Origin: a virus
Lineage: Duplodnaviria > Caudoviricetes
DNA length: 24,391 nt
Reading direction: 5' to 3' (one strand)
Virus record (IMG/VR): IMGVR_UViG_3300020414_001776
Location: 1 to 24,391 of that record
The notes under the pieces: generated by a model
The model's database searches: none
Told to the model about the DNA's origin: nothing
Seen by the model: only the letters and a program-made list of their open reading frames with translations
Made by a program: the position numbers and the translations under genes
Part shown: in pieces, positions 15,535 through 21,825 of the stretch
Layout: every line of letters begins with the position of its first letter
Position numbering within the stretch: the stretch's first letter is position 1

Positions 15535-17130
15535 TTAACTACCCGAACAGCTAAAGCCGGTCCCCTTGGTCGGCGCTGGTAAGCCCGCCTGGCAATCAAG
15601 ATGCTGGGAGCCGGTTGAGACGCCGTTCACTGTGATGTAGCAGTGCGTGTGGAATCGATTGCAGACAGCGCTCTCAGCAGGGATGTCGGCGTTGTGAGCT
15701 AGTCCAAAGCTTGCGCCAGCTGGTCCGCAGACCTTCACGTGAGCGTTGTGACAAGCGTCGGTAAATTCAATGCAGTCTTGTGGCACGCATTGCTCGCCCG
15801 GAGGGCAACACTGGCCGTCACAGTTGATCTCGCCCTCGAAGCACTTGTCGTCGCAGTCTGGGTCGTAGACGCAGTTGCCACTAGCTGAGCAGACCTCACA
15901 TTCCCCGCAATCGTTTTCGCAGTGGCAGTCGCACGGCTCGCATTCTTCCGAATCCGACATCGTGCAGATTCTCTGGAAGATGTACTTGCCACCCATGCCT
16001 GTCGCTGGGTTGTACTCCATGCACCCGCCTTGCTCGTTGGTGCCGGCGAACATGCTGCCCAGCGGATAACACCTCTTCCCACTCGGACAAGGGGGCGGCC
16101 CATCACTGCAGCCGACTCGGTGCGTCTTGCATTCGCAGGACACCTCGCAAGGGTCGTTCGGGTCCGCCTTGCAGTTGTCTTGCTTTGGAGGACAAACAGC
16201 GTCGCACTGCTTGTATAGCTTTGCTCTGCAGGCAGAAGGGCAGACGGGGCCGTTCTGGTAGTGCTCCTGGGAATGGGTTCCTTGAAGTGTGACGCCACAA
16301 GGGCACTTCACAAAGCAGTTGCAGTTGTCAACGCATTGCCCCTCTGCCGGTCTGCACTCGCCATCGCTCTGACATTCCTCGCACTCAGGACATCCTGAGT
16401 TTTCGGGCGAGCAGTTGCAGGGCGTGAAGGGGCCGGGCTCCTTGGGAACGCAGTGGTAGGGGTCGTCATAAAGGTATCCCGTCGAGCCGGTCGGCTCACA
16501 TTCAGCACACTCGCCACAGCTCTTCCCTTCGCAAGACGGGTCAGGGATACCAAACGACGAGCCAAAGCTGTCGCAGTACGTCGTGCAATTCTTAAACGGC
16601 TCTTGGCATGGCTCGCACTGCGGGCAGCTTGAAAAAGGGCACCTATACATGCTGCCGCCGCAGCACTGAGAGGGTTTTGTGATCTCACAGCCGCCGATCC
16701 CTCTGCTGTCACCACAGTTTCCAGGTGTTGAGCAGTTCTGCGAGGAGCAGTCAGCCTGTGGCGAGTCGTCGCAGGTGCCAGAGCCTGTCGTGCCACCGGT
16801 AGGTAGAAGGCCGCTCCCGCCAGAAGTGGCGTCCTTAGCAGTCTGCGTCCAGGAGACGCATTGACCGTTGACGCAGGTGAAGTTTGAGCTGCAGTCTGTT
16901 GCGCTAAGGCATTTTGGGACTTCCATCTTCCCGACGCTGTCACTGAAGCCAATGTCGTCTCTTGTGGCAGTTAGCGACCCTTTGTTGATCCTGGCCCTGT
17001 CGAGGTTGTCGGTAACTTTGCTCTTCAGCTCTTCCCAGCCGAGAGAATCTCTGTCATTAACTACACCAACCGGTTTATCAATATCAAAAAAACGCTCAAG
17101 TCCTGATTGCCCGGAGTTATCAGCAGTCAC
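15535..17130 (-). CDS. Very Cys-rich protein in the tail module
   Basis: 531 aa, about 67 Cys by hand count, repeated CxxCxxC; fills the gap between tail genes. Confidence 0.8.
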   Translation of the reverse strand: MTADNSGQSGLERFFDIDKPVGVVNDRDSLGWEELKSKVTDNLDRARINKGSLTATRDDIGFSDSVGKMEVPKCLSATDCSSNFTCVNGQCVSWTQTAKDATSGGSGLLPTGGTTGSGTCDDSPQADCSSQNCSTPGNCGDSRGIGGCEITKPSQCCGGSMYRCPFSSCPQCEPCQEPFKNCTTYCDSFGSSFGIPDPSCEGKSCGECAECEPTGSTGYLYDDPYHCVPKEPGPFTPCNCSPENSGCPECEECQSDGECRPAEGQCVDNCNCFVKCPCGVTLQGTHSQEHYQNGPVCPSACRAKLYKQCDAVCPPKQDNCKADPNDPCEVSCECKTHRVGCSDGPPPCPSGKRCYPLGSMFAGTNEQGGCMEYNPATGMGGKYIFQRICTMSDSEECEPCDCHCENDCGECEVCSASGNCVYDPDCDDKCFEGEINCDGQCCPPGEQCVPQDCIEFTDACHNAHVKVCGPAGASFGLAHNADIPAESAVCNRFHTHCYITVNGVSTGSQHLDCQAGLPAPTKGTGFSCSGS

Positions 17131-17154
17131 GGCATAGAACTACGTCGGCTGCCA

Positions 17155-17162
17155 AGGATTCC
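17155..17162 (-). promoter_or_regulatory. GGAAnnCT motif (GGAATCCT)
   Basis: 32 nt before GTG 17130. Confidence 0.65.
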
Positions 17163-17491
17163 TACGCGTTGCGCTCTGCTGTGTTCCTGTTGCTTGTGAA
17201 GTTGTAAAAGTGGCACCTCTTCCAGATCAGCGTTCCATCGATGTCGATTGCCACGTACAGATCAGCTAGTCGGATTCCAAATTCTTGGTAGTAGTGAATC
17301 GCGATCTCACCTTCCGCGACTGCATCTTGTGACACCGTCTGGTAGCCACCTCCGAATGGACTGCGGACGACCGCGTTGCTGTTTGGCTCTGTAAACGTCG
17401 TCCTAGGAAAGATGCCCATGACATCGCCTAGAGCCTTTGTCGTCACCTGCGCAAGAGTGCCGTGACTCATCGTTTCCCTGGGGTCGCTCAT
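17162..17491 (-). CDS. Small putative tail protein
   Basis: 109 aa; ATGA overlap with the upstream gene; tail-module context. Confidence 0.7.
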   Translation of the reverse strand: MSDPRETMSHGTLAQVTTKALGDVMGIFPRTTFTEPNSNAVVRSPFGGGYQTVSQDAVAEGEIAIHYYQEFGIRLADLYVAIDIDGTLIWKRCHFYNFTSNRNTAERNA

Positions 17492-17700
17492 GACACGCGG
17501 ATCCAGTAGCTGCCGCCAGCGGAGGCGATATACAGCTCAACCTTGTCAGTCGTGCTGTTGTAGTAGCCGATCATCTGGCCTGGTGTCGCCGGTGGGTCGT
17601 TGATGAACGCGGTGTTAGGAGGTGCTGGCAAGATCTGAATAATTGCCCGACCAGCCTCGGAGATGGAGATCGAACTAAAAGCGGCTGGATTGATTCCCAT
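17488..17700 (-). CDS. Small putative tail protein
   Basis: 70 aa; TGATG-coupled to the upstream gene. Confidence 0.7.
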   Translation of the reverse strand: MGINPAAFSSISISEAGRAIIQILPAPPNTAFINDPPATPGQMIGYYNSTTDKVELYIASAGGSYWIRVS

Positions 17701-17966
17701 CAGAACTTCGAGTAGTAGACGCCGTTCGCAAATGTGAGCTCGACCTCGGTGCCCTTAGGTAGTGACATGAAGCCGATAGGTCGCGTTTTGTAGACCTTGC
17801 CTTTGTGCTCAACAAGGCCAACACCTAATGGGGACAGCTGCTTCCAGTAGCCAGTCACACTGCCAGTGAAATCACCCGACGGTTTAGCTCCTTCAAGCCT
17901 TCGCTCGAGCTCGATAATTCGAGACTTCAGATTTTCCTCTTGTGTTCGCTTAAGTAGGTCTTCCAT
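17700..17966 (-). CDS. Small putative tail protein (coiled coil plus beta domain)
   Basis: Start moved to ATG 17966 (TGATG overlap; MEDLLKR...), 88 aa. Confidence 0.7.
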   Translation of the reverse strand: MEDLLKRTQEENLKSRIIELERRLEGAKPSGDFTGSVTGYWKQLSPLGVGLVEHKGKVYKTRPIGFMSLPKGTEVELTFANGVYYSKF

Positions 17967-18679
17967 CAGTGCAACCCATAAAGCTTCAGGTCCCAATAGA
18001 AGGCCGCCTCATTGCCTGAGTCGAGCAGTACCTGGGAGGGTGTCCCTGCCACCGCAATGACGTTTCCAGCCTCAGTGTTAGAGCTCACATTATTGACCTC
18101 CATGATGGCTCCGCCAGCGCCTGCAGAGACAGCTCCAGCGGCCTCCAAGGTGGCCTCGTTGATCGCGATCTCGTCGCCGATTGCGTAGTTCCGGCCAAAT
18201 TTTGATGGGGTGAAGACGAAGACGTTGTTGCTGACCGTGAGGTCAACAGTCATGCCCGTGCCGCTGCCATCAGTGGTGGTAGGGAGGTCGGTGTAGACCC
18301 CGTCATTGCCAGTCGCTGGGTCGACAGTTGCAGCATCTAGGCCGACCACGTTTCCGCTACCCCAGACGAGTACGGCGTGAGTGAAGGCGACACTGTCAGG
18401 GCCGCCATCGTGGGAGAAGATTGCGCCCTTGGTTGCAAGCCCGACGCCGTCATCTGCGTAGGCGGTCTGATCAGACCCTTGATAAACAAAGACCTGACGC
18501 TCGTAGCCGCCAAGTCCCTGAGTCACCTCGAAGCTAAGAAAAGTCGCATCGACGGTCGTCCCTGGGGTGTAAGCAATCCCGTTGGCATTGACCAACAAAA
18601 CTTCGATGTATTTGTTGACGAAGCGTTGATCAACTTGGGCGCCGATCTCCGCAGAGGAGACCTTTGCAGTGATAGCCAT
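17966..18679 (-). CDS. Putative minor tail / baseplate protein
   Basis: 237 aa, beta-rich (GGYERQ, FTHAVL) with an inserted T/G-rich segment; follows the large tail-tip gene. Confidence 0.65.
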   Translation of the reverse strand: MAITAKVSSAEIGAQVDQRFVNKYIEVLLVNANGIAYTPGTTVDATFLSFEVTQGLGGYERQVFVYQGSDQTAYADDGVGLATKGAIFSHDGGPDSVAFTHAVLVWGSGNVVGLDAATVDPATGNDGVYTDLPTTTDGSGTGMTVDLTVSNNVFVFTPSKFGRNYAIGDEIAINEATLEAAGAVSAGAGGAIMEVNNVSSNTEAGNVIAVAGTPSQVLLDSGNEAAFYWDLKLYGLH

Positions 18680-18704
18680 TCCAGGGATCCTTCAAGGTCC
18701 CGCT

Positions 18705-18712
18705 AGTGTTCC
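18705..18712 (-). promoter_or_regulatory. GGAAnnCT motif (GGAACACT)
   Basis: 33 nt before ATG 18679. Confidence 0.65.
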
Positions 18713-18714
18713 AA

Positions 18715-21039
18715 TCAGGGGCTATTTGTAGTCCCGAAGATGTCCTCTTGCACGATGAGAGAGCTGTCAACAATCGGCGACCCGACATCAGCTAAGGGGA
18801 TTGAGCCATCGAGCTCCAGAGTTACAAGAGCCCCTGGCTGAACGATTCGAGCAGTGCACCAAATGATCGCCGTTTGTTCGATCTCGATGTCTGTGCGCTC
18901 TTCAAAGATTGGGCGGATGCCATCCTCTCCGCTAGGAATAGCAACCGCGCCGAGGCTGATGTTCACGTCGACGTGGAAGTTAAATCGCTTATTCGTGACC
19001 GTGTCGCCAACAACTACTGGGTCGGTGACACCATGGGTTGGCGGGGTGGGATCGTTGGCGCCGCTCATGTCTGGCTCCGAGTTGCCCTCAAGGTTCGAGC
19101 CCAGATCGACACTGCCCTCCATGTCAGCCACCCAGATTCCATTCATCACGATGACGCAGCCGTCTTTGTTGGCTCCCCATGCGCAGGCATCAGCCCTAAA
19201 GCCCATCAAATTCTGAGACTTGGGGTCGAAATATCTGAAGCTCATGTTGGGCTTCCACGCAGTGGCAATCTGCTTTCGCAGAGACTCAGCAATTACAAGA
19301 CCCCTCGAGTCGCCTTCGATAAACCTGGCCAGATAGTCTCCATAGACATTCACGGCATCATCGACTTCTGCTTGGCTGGTGAAAAGTAGAGGAACGGGCA
19401 CGTCTTCCTTGACGATGTATGGCCCGTAGGGGCTGATATAGCCACCAACCTGTCCGTGCATCTGCACGCGAGTCACCTCAGTCTCGACAGCGGTCGTGGC
19501 TGAGTTGACGGAGTCAGGACGTAAGTCCTTAGTCACATTGGAGGTTGATCTTCGGACCTCCATGGTCTTAATGCCTGAATAGGCGCTAAGAGCCGCACCA
19601 ATACCCCCGCCACGCGAAGCCGTCGATGTGAACGTGGTCGTGGTCGATACGTTTTCGTTTTGCGATCGAGAAAACTCGCGGATTACTACTTGGTGCAGGT
19701 ATTCGCTCGTCAGTGAAAGGTTGGGATTGAAGTCCTGCGGTATGCCTCTGTTAGACCCCGAACGCCAATCATCTGGCTGAGCCGCTGCCAGAGTTGGCCT
19801 GAACGTCGCCGTTGTTGTCTTGACGACCTCGTTAGCTGTCCCGTACTCGTAGGCCGTGGTTTGGCGGCCTAGCTGGATCTGGGATAGTCCCTCGAGTGCA
19901 CAGCCGCCATTGGGGAGACATTCGCTGGCATAGGTGCCCACGCAATAGGCGTACTTGTCAGCGAAATACTGGGAATTGGCCTCGAGTGCTGGGCCATAGA
20001 CAACCGACTCAGCTGCGGAAACCTGCCCGCCAGGCCCTGCATACGTCGATGTACGGGTTTCGATACGCCTCGCAGGAACGTAGGTAGCAACTGACTTGGT
20101 TGTGTAATTAGAAGAGCAGGCGGACGGAACTTGAATGGTGAAACTTCCGCTGACAGTGCCGCCGCCTGTCGACGTCGATGAGTTGTAAGACGGAGGGCTT
20201 GGAGTGTTTCCGCATCCGGAAGTAGGGATAGGGATCGGAGGGATTTGGACGGGTGGAATTTCCAGGTCAACGCTGCCTACCAGGTCATCTGCGGGCCTCT
20301 CACGCTCGTAGGTCAACGCTGGATAGCGCAAGAAATAGTCAGAGGTCGTCGTAGTCGTATCAATTCGCCCCTGGTTATCGGTGGCCACTCCGTCTTCTGG
20401 GTAGGAGTAGGAAAGCTCGATTTCGTCAGGAATGGCTGCAGCTGCCGCTAAGGGGCTAACACTCAAACAAGTGACGCCCCGCACAGTCACAAAGGCTGAA
20501 GACGCATAGGTGCCATAGCCGTCGCCTTCAAAGTACTTTTCCTTGTAAAGAGATCCAGTTCTGTCTGACCACATCACCTTCGTGGCTGCCGCAATGCTCG
20601 AGGAGAGGCTCTCGAAGTCGCGCTGGGCCGGGTCCAGGGGCACGTCGGCATATAAATCGATCAGCGCTTCGATCGAGGTCTCATCATCAAGAAGCTTTTC
20701 GAGCGAAAGGCTGCAACCGACATCGAGCAGGACCGTCTCTTCCTCAGGCGAGTAGGAGGTCGAAATTACATAAAGCAATCCGCGCGGGTGGCGCTCAGTA
20801 GTGCCATCGGGAAAGGTGATGTCAAGAACTACCTCAGCTCCTCGCTTGAAGTCGTTGCGGTCGTAATCCTCAAAAGACTGACCCGGATTGGTGCCGAGGG
20901 TGATCGTTCCCGTGGTCGTGATAATTCCGTTGCGGTATCCAGAGGAGTCCTGGACTTGGAAGTCGACCAGGTTTGCGATGTAATTCGTCCCACCGATTGT
21001 CAGAGCGGTCGGGCGCGTGGCGTTGATCAAGTAAGACAT
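18715..21039 (-). CDS. Putative tail-tip / baseplate hub protein
   Basis: 774 aa; position after TMP and a Dit-sized gene; beta-rich N-terminus. Assignment is by synteny. Confidence 0.65.
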   Translation of the reverse strand: MSYLINATRPTALTIGGTNYIANLVDFQVQDSSGYRNGIITTTGTITLGTNPGQSFEDYDRNDFKRGAEVVLDITFPDGTTERHPRGLLYVISTSYSPEEETVLLDVGCSLSLEKLLDDETSIEALIDLYADVPLDPAQRDFESLSSSIAAATKVMWSDRTGSLYKEKYFEGDGYGTYASSAFVTVRGVTCLSVSPLAAAAAIPDEIELSYSYPEDGVATDNQGRIDTTTTTSDYFLRYPALTYERERPADDLVGSVDLEIPPVQIPPIPIPTSGCGNTPSPPSYNSSTSTGGGTVSGSFTIQVPSACSSNYTTKSVATYVPARRIETRTSTYAGPGGQVSAAESVVYGPALEANSQYFADKYAYCVGTYASECLPNGGCALEGLSQIQLGRQTTAYEYGTANEVVKTTTATFRPTLAAAQPDDWRSGSNRGIPQDFNPNLSLTSEYLHQVVIREFSRSQNENVSTTTTFTSTASRGGGIGAALSAYSGIKTMEVRRSTSNVTKDLRPDSVNSATTAVETEVTRVQMHGQVGGYISPYGPYIVKEDVPVPLLFTSQAEVDDAVNVYGDYLARFIEGDSRGLVIAESLRKQIATAWKPNMSFRYFDPKSQNLMGFRADACAWGANKDGCVIVMNGIWVADMEGSVDLGSNLEGNSEPDMSGANDPTPPTHGVTDPVVVGDTVTNKRFNFHVDVNISLGAVAIPSGEDGIRPIFEERTDIEIEQTAIIWCTARIVQPGALVTLELDGSIPLADVGSPIVDSSLIVQEDIFGTTNSP

Positions 21040-21042
21040 CGA

Positions 21043-21426
21043 TCAGACCTCGGTTAGGCCGAAGGCCACGGTGTACGTGTAAGCGTTCATCCGGATGTAA
21101 CTAGGCGGGGTCGTGAAAACCGCGTCAGTAGTCACAGGGTCGAAAAGCGTCTGGTCTGTCACTCCTACCGCTGCTGCATTCCCCGCAGCGCGACTCGTAT
21201 CCCATGCCTTGAAAATGTCGTCGAGGATCTTGGCGTCATCTGCATTGACCACGGCGCTAATGGCCCAGATGAACTTCTGACGACCAGGCCGGCCGCCAAT
21301 CACTTGCTGGCCGGAAAGTCCCCGCTCGAAGCTGACGGAGCTGTCGTAAGTCCGTGCAACCTCGGCACCGCTAAAAGTGTCGAACAACAGGTTGAAGCTG
21401 TTGTAAGCGATCCCGATGGCTGACAT
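21043..21426 (-). CDS. Putative distal tail protein
   Basis: 127 aa; ERGLSG..V.G, KFIWAISAVV and C-terminal VAFGLTEV are typical of Dit/gpM-like genes after TMP. Confidence 0.6.
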   Translation of the reverse strand: MSAIGIAYNSFNLLFDTFSGAEVARTYDSSVSFERGLSGQQVIGGRPGRQKFIWAISAVVNADDAKILDDIFKAWDTSRAAGNAAAVGVTDQTLFDPVTTDAVFTTPPSYIRMNAYTYTVAFGLTEV

Positions 21427-21445
21427 TTAGGGCTAGCTGCTGCAC

Positions 21446-21793
21446 CTAGAGTTCCGAGATCTCGCCTCTCGCGTAGAGCTGGTAGGGCTTGCGATCTGTC
21501 GAGGGTACGGACAGCGGCCCCGAGTTGAACCTGGCGCGGAATTCGTCGTCGGCATCAATTAACGCGGTCCAGACCTCGTCGAAGTACGCCTTAGCAATCG
21601 CTAGGACCTCATCGTCAGCGCCCTGCTTCCTCGCCATATTCCAAGCCATGTAGGAGTAGGCCATGGCCTGTTGCAACTGCTCTTCGCTCATCTCATCGAC
21701 GGGAAGATCCGGGATGCCAGGGCCAGACGGATCAGCTGCGGCATTTTCGACAAACAGCGCATAGAGCTGTTCGGGACTGCCGAAGTTGAACAT
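21446..21793 (-). CDS. Hypothetical alpha-helical protein (115 aa)
   Basis: Start reassigned to ATG 21793 (MFNFGSPEQL): 30 nt from the motif and avoids a 400-nt overlap with TMP. Confidence 0.7.
   Translation of the reverse strand: MFNFGSPEQLYALFVENAAADPSGPGIPDLPVDEMSEEQLQQAMAYSYMAWNMARKQGADDEVLAIAKAYFDEVWTALIDADDEFRARFNSGPLSVPSTDRKPYQLYARGEISEL
21448..21455 (-). promoter_or_regulatory. GGAAnnCT motif (GGAACTCT)
   Basis: 29 nt before ATG 21426. Confidence 0.65.
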
Positions 21794-21815
21794 GACGAGG
21801 GCCAAGAGACCCTCA

Positions 21816-21823
21816 AGCATTCC
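21816..21823 (-). promoter_or_regulatory. GGAAnnCT motif (GGAATGCT)
   Basis: 30 nt before ATG 21793, directly after the TMP stop. Confidence 0.65.
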
Positions 21824-21825
21824 GA

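Noticed and set aside
9365-17130. Diversity-generating retroelement target
   Set aside because: No reverse transcriptase and no template/variable repeat pair differing at adenines seen in this window.
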